Of a stretch of 64,000 nucleotides of DNA, positions 14,720-27,419 are shown one piece after another. Positions within the stretch are counted from its first letter, which is position 1; each line of letters opens with the position of its first letter. Location: contig NW_021832430.1 in the NCBI RefSeq assembly GCF_006345805.1, positions 124,001 through 188,000 of the forward strand. The letters run 5' to 3'. This stretch comes from Octopus sinensis. Lineage: Eukaryota. The translations under genes were made by a program, and so were the position numbers. Below the pieces are notes generated by a model that was not told the DNA's origin, did not search any database, and saw nothing but the letters and a program-made list of their open reading frames with translations.

Positions 14720-15213
14720 AAGAAAATTTCTTATAACTTTGGTTAGTATTTTTCTAATATATTGTCTTTCTCTGTTTTTATTTTCATAAATTAGTCACAA
14801 AAAGTCATTTCCAAAGATAAGATAATTCAAATCCGTGTTCAAAATTAGATTTATTAAACTGATTTAGAGTGTGGAAGGGTAAAACAATTAGGATTTGCCA
14901 ATGGCTGCATCGCGAATAGCAAACGAGTTGCCTTGCAAGATTTCTATAGATATTCTCTATTAGATACTAGATATTATGTATTCTTCAAAATTGGGAAAAT
15001 CGGTCATCAAGGTAATAGAAGATTGATCCATATCAAATTTAGTTCAATTAAAGAATTTAATAATATTGACATAGTCCATTCTATCTTTCATTTACCCAAA
15101 ATCTCAAAAGACGTCTAAACACTAAGGACAACCTAAACCAAACAGAACATTATACTTGTTGAGCTAATTAGAACTACAGTTAGGAAAATAGGCATAAATA
15201 ATATTAAAAATTG

Positions 15214-16273
15214 TTATCTACGTTGAATAATAATCACGACAATAAAAATAACGACGAGAAGCAGAACGACCAAACAAATGAGAAATTTCCTTTTCTAAGC
15301 GTTTTTAGATGATTAAACCCTTAGTTTTCTATGATATTCGACAACTTTTTCAATGTCGAGACGTCCGTCGTCTACATAGTCGAGCACTCTGTCCAAGTTG
15401 AACGAAATGTGGTCAATGATCTCTCCCTACTTTCTCAAATGATGATTTTACTTGTTCTTCTATTTGTAGTGAAAAACTTTCCATCAAGCAATTCAATTCG
15501 CAAATCTCTTTTTCCAATTTTGTAATTTCTCGATGGCGTTCCTCCACCTTAGTTAAAACGAATTGTTTCTGGGAGGAGGAAATATCCAGAGTGAACAAAT
15601 TAGTCGTGTCGTTGAGGAAAATCTCGGCCAACTGGTCTTCTGTAGGTTTTTTGTCCACTTTAATGAATGAAATATAAAATAACTTATTTCAAGCTGTCTT
15701 TGAATGGCTTCTCGAGTTTTCCGTTGATAGTCTTTCTGAATTTCCGTATACTTATCTAATAACTGGATGAACCTTCGACGAGATGAAAAAAACTTCGAAA
15801 AATCACGCTAAAACTAACCTGGTTTTGTTTAATACGATATTCTGTGGAAGTTGCATTCAGAATCCGTTCTTGATCAACAGAATTGGAAAATTCTGAGATA
15901 TTCATAAAACGTGTAATCACTTTTGATTGAACTGCTAATTCCAATAATCAAATTTTTTATTTCGGTCATTTGATCAAAAAGTAGTTCACGTTCTGTAAGC
16001 TAAGCATATTTAGTGTGTTCTACCTTTGCAGTTCTCGTAGGTTGTTAGGATTGTTTTTTGCAGTTTTTCCACGATTTGAATTTTTGCAGAAAGTGAATTG
16101 AGCGCAATCCATATTTCTCGACCCTTCAATTTGTCAATTCTAAGTTACTTCAAGATTTAATTCTCGAATATTTCTATCCTTTACTGGTTTAAAAGTCAAC
16201 TTTTTTGTATTGATCTATTAATATTATAACTGTTGGTAACCTTATCAAGTTGTGATAATCTTTCTCTACCCAT
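15214..16273 (-). CDS. Plasma-membrane-type syntaxin (syntaxin-1-4-like Qa-SNARE)
   Basis: MGRERLSQL N-peptide, Habc (IQRQLEI), SNARE motif VEERHREITKLEKEICEL..IEEQGEIIDHISFN, C-terminal TM; 7 GT-AG introns. Confidence 0.88.
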
Positions 16274-16641
16274 TCGATACCACACAAAATTATTTCTTTT
16301 AAAATATTTGGTTTTCCATAATTAGCAAAAATTACAAAACTTAATTTTTAAATATTTTAAATCATATTGTACAATTTAATCAAAAGAATTAATCAAAAGC
16401 ACAAATTATATTAGCTTTCTTTACTGAAATAGGTCAAAAAAACTTATCAAAAACAGCAAATAATATATTTATCAGAATAATCTCTTGTTGAAAATTCAGA
16501 CCATCTTTGAAAATGCTAATTTTAGTCACTTTTGTAGGATTTTTGAAATATGCGTCCTCATAATTAAAAAAGGAAGCAATCGGATATAATTCGTTAAATC
16601 GATTTGATTATAAATAATTAGAATTCATTTATATCGCTGGA

Positions 16642-16827
16642 ATGCATAAAAATAGGGATAATTTCAAAAAGAACCCTGTTCTGAAAATTTCGAAAAACCC
16701 AACCATTGACAAGAAAAGAATATTCATTGTCTTTCTAGTTGTTGGAACGTCGATTTCTGCTGGTATGTTTGTCGGAAATAAATTATCGACTTTTCTTGAA
16801 GAATATGGAATTTGGAATCCAGATTAG
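16642..16827 (+). CDS. SMDT1: EMRE (essential MCU regulator)-like; 5' end uncertain
   Basis: Single TM with GxxxG (GMFVG) followed by NKLSTFLEEYGIWNPD, matching recalled EMRE KNFAALLEEHDIFVPE. Confidence 0.7.
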   Translation: MHKNRDNFKKNPVLKISKNPTIDKKRIFIVFLVVGTSISAGMFVGNKLSTFLEEYGIWNPD

Positions 16828-18154
16828 CTCGAATACTTATTTTTCATTTGTTTATAATACCAATGTTTTAATTTTATATTCCTGTGTAGCTATGCTGTCT
16901 GAAAAAATCTACTATGGCTTATTTTGGGGTGAATAATTGAAATAGCCATATTAAAGAACACTCAGACAGATCGGTCTCTCTTTCTCTAACAAACAAGACA
17001 AAAGATGTTGTTTTGGATTCACGATGAATCTTTTTTATTTCGAACATTTCGTCTTTGTAGATATATTTTTGTCAGTGATCAATAAGATTTGTAATTTAAT
17101 TAATTCGATATTAATTGCTTATTGCCTATAAAAAAGATTAATTAAGCTCTCTAAGCCTCTATGATATATTGATTCGAGCTTGAATGAATTTTCTAAAAAG
17201 CTGTTGCACAGGGTTTCTTAATTGTATTTTTATATTTTGTAGAATAAACAAAGAAACAAAAAGCAATCAGGGACTACCCGCAGAGAGAATTGAAAAACTG
17301 TTCACTTTGAGAACGGCTATTGAGACACGCTCAAAGAGCCAGTTGTTTCTAATTCATCCGAGGTGCCGGTCTCTTTCTGCGAGAAAACAAAGAGTAGATG
17401 GTCCTAGCGTGCCAGAGGTTTCGACTGACACTGGTCTATGGCCCTAGAAAGAAGATAGTCTTTTCTACAAGATTGTATTATTTTGTATCAGTTCCTTTAC
17501 AATCGTTTTACCTAAAACCAGTGAAGTAGACTTTTTACAAAGTTTTAGTTCAATGTGTTACAGAATTATGATTATAGATAATATATTCTCCTTACATTAG
17601 TAAGGAAGATTTTAAAAGGATTTTTTGCAAGTTTTTACATCACCATTATTTTTGTGCTTAAAATTACAAATCATAACGTCTTTACAATAAGAAAAACTTC
17701 CTCAAGATTATGTTTTGAAATTTGAAAGTCAGTATATTTGTTTGAGCACAATTCACAAATACTAAAAAACGTATAAACACAGGCGTAAATGTATCTTATT
17801 TTCCCTTAAAAACCAGTGATTATTGCATCATTTCATTCTATAAATAATTCCATATCCTCCATTACTGCGTAGTAAAGATTCCACTTTATTTTATAACTTG
17901 AAAACACTTCATAGTAAAGATGCCACTTGATTTCTCAACAACTCGAACATTTTTATCTAAAATATTAATTATCCGACATTAAAGTGACTTTATTTTAAAA
18001 GTTCATCTCTTTTTTCAAGGTAAAAAGTTTTTTGTAACTGCGAATAATAACACAAATCAGGATTTTATCAATTAAATGGAAAACGATGGTTCCATAACTT
18101 ATAATATCAAATAAACGAAGAGGCAAAGTAACAATATCTCATTAAACAAGTGAA

Positions 18155-18862
18155 TCACCAATCACACTCGACTATGGCCCTAGCAAAAAGATAGTCTTTT
18201 CCATTCAGAGTCATCACTCCGTCCTTCAAATTAACCTTCCACCGATTTTTTGTTCTATAAACCTGTCCAGTCACTCCTGACAGACAAACTCGTTCAAACT
18301 GACAGACAATCAAGTTTTCTGAATGAAATGACTGGGCCTCCTCATCGGATACGTCATCGTCGGAATTCAATTCCTTTCCTAAACCTGGGGGCTACTACTT
18401 GTTCGCTATCCTCCTTGTCATCCGGAGGACACTCTTCGTTGTTTATATCCTCCAAATATGCAAATTGCGCCTCCTCTTCGTCTTCTTCTTCACTTTCATT
18501 CGCCCAATCCTCGTCTTGCGACCCGTCGAAGTGATTCTTATCATTAGATGTTCATAAATAACTATATTTAATTTGACAAGAGGCTTTAATTCGGTTCCTT
18601 GTCTTATAGCTGGTTCTAACTTGACCATGTGAGCTGAGTTTGCTAAATTTTTAGTCACTTTTCTGCCATTTTTTGATGAATTGAGGAGTTTATTAGTCCA
18701 TTTCTGAAAAACATATTTTGATACGTTAACTTGAGACAAGTTATCAAGGATATTTGGATCAAGCCCTTCATCGGAGAAAATTCCACTTAGCGAGTTAATA
18801 ACATTGTTTATTATAGCTTTCTAAAATAAATATGAATTAATAGAAACGCTATCGTTAGACAT
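18155..18862 (-). CDS. GTF2A1: General transcription factor IIA alpha/beta precursor
   Basis: N-terminal FSDEGLDPNILDNLSQKWTNKL; acidic linker; C-terminal ELNSDDDVSDEE..ENLIVCQFERVYRTKNRWKVNLKDGVMTLNGKDYLFARAIVECDW. Confidence 0.95.
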
Positions 18863-19263
18863 AACAAGATTTGTAGCGGAAATATTTTATTTATAAATTA
18901 TTTATTTTATTCATTGAGCATAAAATGTTAATTATATTCATCAAAAACTATTAAATGACTCTAATATAAATAATTTTAAAATCTCTTCTTCTCAAGAAAA
19001 ATAAGTTTTTAATGTTTTTAACTGTAACAAAATAGCTATTATAATTGTTCCTACCATTATGAATATAACAACATCATAATATTCGTCCTAATAATGCTTA
19101 CGTAGTCTGCTTAATCTGTAGAAAATCGAATTTGTTTGAGCTAAGTGAATAATTAAATATTGCCCTGAGCTGATTTAAAGTATTCTTACAGAGCTTACAA
19201 TTTGTTTTAGTTCTCAGACTATTACAAGTAATTGAACAATCTTATTTAATGTTAGTTGTGATG

Positions 19264-19968
<705 letters not shown>

Positions 19969-20099
19969 ATCTCACTCACTTTAAATTAATTCGCTATTTT
20001 CCAAAATAATTATCTATTGGTTACTTGGTTACTCCATTTATTTATTATAACTCTATATTTCATTATTCATAGTTCACTTGATTTCTTAGCAAAAACTTA

Positions 20100-21130
20100 A
20101 ATTAATTGTTATTAAAACAAAACAAAATTTAACTAAGGTTACGCTTATTTAATTAAAATTTTCACTCTTTATTGTTGGAAATCTCTCTTCTCCTTTTAGG
20201 GGAAGAATTTGATAATATTTCCTCACTTTCCTTGCTCTCTATCTCTCCGCCGGATAAAGTTGTTGTATGTCCCATAGTTTCAATCGACGTATCCCAAGCA
20301 TGCCAGTTTTACAAGTTGGTTGGTAGCAAAAGCGTAATTTTCACTATATACCTTTATCTCATGCTTGTGTTTAATTAACATACTTTTGAGAGTTCGTGTC
20401 ATCACAACGTATTGGATGTAAGTTCTTGTTGCTTTTCAACGGCTATTTTATCCATGTAATATTTGCAGCATATCGAGAAAATCCATCTAACGACAAAACT
20501 ATCGAAATAGTTTTCACCTCTTTTTCATGGAGTATCGAAAATTCATTTGGCAAATAAATCATGTATTTGTGAAATTTCTCGATTTTGATTTGTTTGAGGC
20601 AGTCTTTTGATTTAATGCCTATTTCGATTAAAGTTATTTTCTGTTTTATTTTGTCGTCGACAAAAATATCAGGTTTGTTGTATTGAACTTTTTTTCTGTC
20701 ATAATTGACATATCAACTCGGATTACAACATTCTGCGTCAAAATTATAGACTGAACCGAGGAGCCTGTATCTTTCTTCCACTTTTAATAACATAGACTCA
20801 AAACAAATGTAGATACACTTTACAACTTCGTTGTGTCTTCAAAGATAATCACTGTTTAACATTTTACCATACTGGATGGGAAAATAGTTGACAGTTTTTC
20901 TCCTTTTTGCTATAATTCCATAAAGACGCCATGAATATAAAAAACTGTCTAAAGAAGATGTGCTTGGTTTTCCACAATCTATTGGAATCATTCTTAAAGA
21001 AAAGCAGTGTCCTAAGAAACATCAAATGATTGTAAGGTTCCGTGAAAACAATGTAGTCTAGTTTTGTTTTAAACAAGATTGTAAAATTAATACTCCTATC
21101 AGAAAGGGTATATGCATTACATATTTAGTA
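20100..21130 (-). mobile_element. Degenerate REL-type LINE (R2/R4/NeSL group), zinc-knuckle and endonuclease region plus 3' end
   Basis: RHNEVVKCIY, NKPDIFVDDKIKQKITLIEIGI..IEKFHKY with frameshifts; 3' end repeated at about 47865-47965. Confidence 0.75.
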
Positions 21131-21289
21131 TTCAAGAAACGAAGTTGAAAGGTTCCAAAGTATCCCTAGCATTGAGTATCCGTTTTATCGATCTATGGAG
21201 TTTCGAAAAGCACACGATCCTTTGATGCATACGTCAGTTGAATTGGAACGAACAAACAATCGTTAAATGGGCTATGCCCCTTAGGTAAA

Positions 21290-21480
21290 ATGCCCATGGT
21301 TGCGTGCATCTTAGAGTAAATCAGTAGTACGTGTTTAAATACGTTCTTACTTATAGGTAAAATCGATCCTAAAACACACGCACATACTCAGACTGTAGAG
21401 GGGATGTGGGGAAGTGTAATAAATTACAGAGAGGTACTCCGCGCCACATGATGAGATCATATAGAATTTCTCTGGAGAAG
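21290..21480 (+). mobile_element. Merlin/ISXO2-like transposase remnant
   Basis: HLRVN...DPKTHAHTQTVEGMWG motif, interrupted. Confidence 0.65.
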
Positions 21481-21779
21481 AACTGGCTTTTTGTCCTCCA
21501 AAAACAACTTTACGGAGAAATAATTAAATAATCTTAATCATCTTGTCGCTACTTCCTCTATTCGAAACGTGATTCAAATAGGCAAGCTCGCCTCTTTCCT
21601 TTCGAGGTGCTGACAGGCATTGGGAACGTTGTAGTCACACTTATTTGACGATGAATCTTTTTTATTTTATTTCCAATTCAAGAGTTCTTTCCCACGGTTC
21701 AGTTCTGTTCCGATAAAAAACAATTGTGCTCTGAAGGGTTTTTTATGAAAGGTGATTTTATGTATGCATGTGTATTTCA

Positions 21780-22200
21780 CTGATATTAAACAACCGTGCA
21801 TAGTTAGGTATTTTTAAGTTAAAAGTCCATTATATCTTAATACAATGGGTACTATTTTCACTCTTTCATGATAGATTAATTCCAACTCTGAATAATAATT
21901 ATTATTTTCTCATTTTTACAATCTCCACTTCCTGTATACTTTGGGAAGATGCTATCCAAACTTCAGCCAAAAAATGTGATTCCTTATCTAGTCAAAACAA
22001 ATAAATCAGGCTTGTTATGTTCAAAGACAATGTCAGTCTATATAAATTTGTTCACTCTGATTTAAACCTTCTTAAATTAAAAAACTCATTAAATCCAGTT
22101 TATAACAAATAAACTATTTCCTGTTTGGCTTTTCTCACCCCAAGAAATGTGCAAACCCGAAGACTCCAGCTGGTAGTTTTTGACAATTAAAGAAAGTAAT
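21780..22200 (-). mobile_element. Second degenerate REL-type LINE endonuclease fragment
   Basis: TDIVFEHNKPDLFVL..LAEVWIASSQSIQEVEIVKMRK with stops and frameshifts. Confidence 0.6.
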
Positions 22201-22305
22201 TTTCATTGAAATTCGCTGCACCTAGAAATCCTTTTTTCGAATAATTTTCTTTGTTAAAATGCTAAGTTATTTATGACAAATTCATTCAAATGTGAATAAA
22301 ATGAA

Positions 22306-24512
22306 TTATAATAAAATGTGCTCATTCGTACTGGATTCCACAGTCCGAGACGACACCGACCCTGAGAGGACACATTTACGATTATTAGAGGAAACACTCT
22401 CCACGGATTGTCTACAACTGTAACACACCCACACACCTGTCAGCTTCCACCGTCTGATCTAACACATTACAGATCTCGGCAACAGCAAATGGTACGTCAA
22501 ACTGAGACTCTCCCATCGATTCGGGCATGAAAAATAAATTAGAAACCATTCCAGGATCCTTTTTCACACTACTCGTGCTGGAACAACTATTCCCACTCTT
22601 CTGTTGTGGCAGACACGTCGGAGAATTGGTGAAAGGAAGAGTAGCAGTGTCACAAAACGGTGGATTCAAAGGCAACTGAGTGTTTTGTTCAATGTGAGGT
22701 AAAAATGGCCCCGTAAGTGAAGAATTCATGCAGTTAGGCAAGGAGTTGGGAGGGACTGGAGGTGCTTGAATGACGGAAGACATCAATGGAGGGACTGTGT
22801 TTAGAAGTGATGATTGGATCACTGAACAGGAAGACACAACGGATGGACTATAATTAGTTCGAATGGACAAAGATTCCTCTTGTTGGGTAACTACAGGCAA
22901 GTTGTAGTCAGACACAGAATTGCCACTCCTCATAAGCGAATCCCTTGTTTGGTTAAGGAATCCGCGGAGACATGGATGTTGTGTATTAGGCCTGGCAAAT
23001 GGCTTATTGGACTCATTCAGTGCATTGGCCTTGGACAATGAACATTCCAATGACTTAATCCTGCCAACTTAGCACAGACGATTACTTATTAGACAGGTCG
23101 TGGATAGTCTGCTCATGTCGACCCACCACCAGTTGAGCACTCCTGTATCTTTCCTCCATCGTGTCTCTCTACAATTAGACCAATCTCGACATACTGCAGT
23201 CCGAACAGAGTTAATGAGGTCGTCGTACTCCTTAAGATGAGATCTACTCCTAACTCTCACAACAGTACAAGTGATTGGCTATCTTAACTTGACAATCCCT
23301 CAGTTGTAATTCGTTCTTATGTCTTTCCCTTTCCATCAATAATATTTCTGCTTTTTCCTCGTATATTTGACTAGACCTAACTATAAACAGGCTACTTCAT
23401 TGTAGAATTAAGAAGATCGTTGGTGAGAGACAGTTTACTCTCCAACTGACACTTTTCTTTGGTGAGGTCCTCCATTTGCCGGTCTCGGATTGAAAGTGTG
23501 TCCTCAGTCTCCTCCAATCGAACTAAAAGTAAACAGTGAGACCAACTTTGAAGAGTGCACTGAGATTGTTCACTCTGATTCAGTCTTTTAAGACAAGACA
23601 AATAATTTTCTCTTAATTCATGAGGACAGAGCAGATCTTTCACCGTTTTTTTAAGATCAACCACGTCGTCGTCTCTCCCATCCACGAAATACTGAGACAA
23701 TACATTCTCAATCAGCACTTCTTGTCTCTACACAATCAATTCACATAAACTACCTCCATGACTGCTTCTGATTTTTCCAATCTGCTCACATTGCTCATCA
23801 AACATTCGATTCTGTAGGTTTTTATTACGTAATTAATACTCGTTGTCCTTTGATGTCAGTTGACTGTTCAATTCGCAGATTTTTTGAACCAATTCTTCAT
23901 TTTTTGCGAGAATTTGATCAATCTCCAATTTCTTTTCAGAGAAGAGTGTCTTTATTTCATCCTTCTCACGTTGCTCGGCTTTATTTTGCTTTTCCAGGGA
24001 TTCTAGGGAAGCTTCGAGCTGTTGGCAGTGGTCACGTGTTTGTTGGTTGTCCTCAGAAAGAGAGGAATTCTGTTCGTTTAAAATAAAGGGGATTTGAACC
24101 ATTTCTTGTAGTTCGAGTATTTTTTCGTTCAGAGATTCGATTTGAGTCCCCAAATGTATAAATTCAAGTCGCTTATGGGCTAATTCCTTCTCAGCCTCGA
24201 GGTATTTCACTTTAAGGAGTTAAAAGTAAGAAAAACCTCTACGGGAGTCTAAAAGATTTGAAAAAATCTTAGAATGTTAACAAAGATGGTTACTTTGGGG
24301 ATTGACAGAAAAACAGTTAAGACCACCAAGCACAATATTGCACATATGGATGTGAATAACAGTCCTATCATCCATTGATCCATATTGGAGGTAATATACG
24401 AATTTTCTCCAATAAAATGATTCTTTTATTGAGTTTTATAAAATACTACTTTTATTATAACCCAGTTTCCAATTAAGTCGAATATATCCTTCGCATGTTT
24501 TAAAAGTAACAT
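22306..24512 (-). CDS. Single-TM, long coiled-coil, Pro/Ser-rich tail protein (copy 1, apparently intact; cTAGE5/TANGO1-like architecture)
   Basis: Spliced model: TM WMIGLLFTSICAILCLVVLTVFLSIP, heptad-rich middle, PPVPPNSLP-rich C-terminus, stop at 22306; start approximate. Confidence 0.65.
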
Positions 24513-26863
24513 TTTTATTTCTTCGAAAACCAACAAAACCCAATTACACGTAAATTAGGGTTTTCGACATTTATTAAAATTAATTAGATAAAATATTATT
24601 CATAATTATATTAAATAATAGCTTTATTTTCTAACAATAATCAGAAAGGCCAGATAATTTTTCTTCGTCTTATAACGGTTCCTTTCTAAAAATAAAGTGT
24701 GTTTCTTGCACATGTGGAATTCATAACAGATATGGTCCTACAAAAGTTCTAATATCATCATCATTTCTCTTATTCCTTTTCTCCTAAACGAAGAATTTGA
24801 TATCCTTGATTGAAACCCTCTGAATGATCTTCCATAGCTATTTATCAAGTATAAGATTCATATTATTCCGAGACAAAATATTTAATCAATTTAATTATAT
24901 ATGATTTTTCAAGCTCTAACGTCTAAAGCGCAAAAGTTAGTTTCAAAGTCCTGAAAATTCGCATTTGAACCGCATATAAACAAGCATTAACTTTTTTAAT
25001 GAAATCAAAAAAATATTTTTTAAAGAATCAAAGTTCTATTCGTAAATTGTTGTTTTCTGCCTGAAGAGAAAAATTTTAACCATTTTTCGATAAAAAGAGT
25101 TGCTAATGACATTTTTCAACTTGCTATTGACATTTTCATGAATAACAAGACGCTTCCATACAGATAATCTACTTTCTATTTATTATTATCTGCATATTTT
25201 TTTTCTTAGTTCAATGTTAGTATTAATATTTCGCCTTGCTGGTATTTTCACAATTTGTTTCAGTTTGTAGTGAAAGTCTTTAAATCTAAACTTGAATAAT
25301 TTGACTACGGTGGTGAAATAAATCTCAAATCGATAAAAAACGGTCAAAGATCTCTCCAAGTTCATTTTGTGGTTGAATATTCAAAATATCTTCAAAATCA
25401 AATAAAAACCGCAAAAAAAATTGGTAAATAATTGCGGAAAGCGGTTTAGTCAAGACTGCGGTGTATTTTCTAAAATGATTTGAATATTTTCTGAAAGCTT
25501 TTGATCTTAATTTGAACAGAAATATTGGGTTTAGACAGTATATTGAAAACTAGTGGCTTGTAATGCACTCTTTAATTTAAAATACAAAAGTAGTCTTTAA
25601 GATAGAAACAATAACTTGGTTTATTTTTTTAATTAGCTGTTATTAAAAAAGATTGGCATATCCTGATAAGAATGCGGATTTGGTTTTATAGTCTAAACTT
25701 GTATTGAAAGGATTTTTATAAAGCTTAAATGATGAAATAATAAACAGTATATATTTGTATTTTCCTAGTTGCTAATTATTGCTTAAATATTAAAATGATT
25801 GTTTGGTTTGCGAAAATCAAATAATTGTTTAATCAAGTATTAATAAACTTATTTCTATACAAAGAGGGTTTTTTTTTATTTAACCCAAGAATCACCAACA
25901 ATTAATTGAGTTAAAAGTCCATTAAATCATAATAGGTCGTCGGTTAAAATGAGTTTTAATTCTATAATATTTTCTGTTGTTTTTAATTAGTGATTCATTT
26001 TATTAGAAAACGTTCAAACCGAAAAATAAATGAAAATATTAGTAAATAATGTTATGAAACTGAATTAATCTTTGAGATTTAAAAAAGCTGAGGGCAACAA
26101 CTTTTTGATGGAAATTTTGTCTAATTCTTTTTCCTTATTACAATATGATTTCATTCAATATTTTCTCCAAACATTGAATATTAAAAATTGAATACCTCGA
26201 TAATAAACTGCCGACACCGACCGCATGGAAATAAAAATTCAGACGTGTCACTTGATACATAAATTTGAGTAACTTTTCTATTTCCATTTGCCACGGCGGT
26301 GCAGATTGCATTCACTTCTGCACATATAGTAAGCCCATATGAAACGTTTTCAACATTGCATCCTGAAACAGTCTCAAATAACAAATAACCTGAATATATG
26401 GATTCGTCACTGCACAAGACCGCACACCCAACTCTGAATTTGCTATAAGGAGAATATGAGCGTTTCTTTATTCTTAGTGCCTCTGCAATTGCCAGGTGTG
26501 CTAAAAATTATACATTAAATATACATATCATTCTTATCACTTAATTTGAATAATATATACAAGATTTAAATATAACAGAGACCATAAAATATTTTAACTT
26601 GTTTAAGAGATATTTTAATTATATTGAAACATAAAGCCTAATAACAATTTGAAACTTTTTTGGTTTTTATCTACTTTCTTGGGGTGTAGCGTAAATTATG
26701 ACCAAATCAGGATAATAGATTACACTGCCTTTAAATGTAATCAACTTGTTCTATGAGTCCTGGATTAAGATGATACAGAAAACTTTTCCTTTTTGTTTCT
26801 ATTATGCATGTTTTAATAAAATTAAGATGCCATTTTGTACAGTGACTGTATATAATATACCAA
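22316..26863. repeat. Segmental tandem duplication, copy 1
   Basis: Near-identical to 27420-31959, from atgtgctcattcg to atataccaa. Confidence 0.97.
26065..26531 (-). pseudogene. CDA: Cytidine deaminase, copy 1 (premature stop in last exon)
   Basis: Same as copy 2, but last exon reads FGENIE-TGA because of small indels near 26140-26157. Confidence 0.6.
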
Positions 26864-27419
26864 GAGAGATCCTAAGGGACCGATCTCGTGAAGAGGTCGA
26901 ATCACCTGAAAATAATTTTTTTTTAATTTTTTGGCTTGAAGGTTTTGGGGGACCTCATCATGTGAGTCGAGGACTTTCTGTTGTTCATTTTAACAAAAAC
27001 GCAGAAAATAATTTTTTTTTAATTTTTTGGCTTGAAGGTTTTGGGGGACCTCATCATGTGAGTCGAGGACTTTCTTGTTGTTCATTTTAAAAAAACGCAG
27101 AAAATAATTTTTTTTTAATTTTTTGGCTTGAAGGTTTTGGGGGACCTCATCATGAGGTCAAATCACCTTCATTATCTCATGAATATCTTTTTAAGCTCTT
27201 TATTGATTTCATGTTCCTAAGGGACCGATCTCGTGAAGAGGTCGAATCACCTTCATTATCTCATCATATTTAACCTCTTTATTGATTTCATGTTCCTAAG
27301 GGACCGATCTCTTTGAAGAGTTTGAATTCATCTTCTTTATCTTACACATTTCCTTTTTTAGATATATAAGTGTACACGGACAGACAGACAGACAGACACA
27401 CAACTTAGTGTTTTATATT
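26864..27419 (-). mobile_element. Helitron-like non-autonomous fragment with internal minisatellites, at the duplication junction
   Basis: About 96-bp unit x2.6 and a cctaagggaccgatctc unit x3. Minus-strand end taatataaaacactaagttgtgtgtctgtctgtctgtctgtcc resembles Helitron 5' ends with (CTGT)n, but the terminal TC is missing. Confidence 0.55.

Noticed and set aside
17184-17447. Small ORF MNFLKSCCTG with an intron-like segment
   Set aside because: No recognisable homology and no determinable exon structure.
18539-18577. Non-canonical acceptor in TFIIA
   Set aside because: A canonical 26-nt GT-AG intron (gttatttatgaacatctaatgataag) restores the frame.
26864-27419. CRISPR-like repeat array
   Set aside because: Units repeat in full with no unique spacers, there are no cas genes, and the context is eukaryotic; it fits a TE minisatellite.
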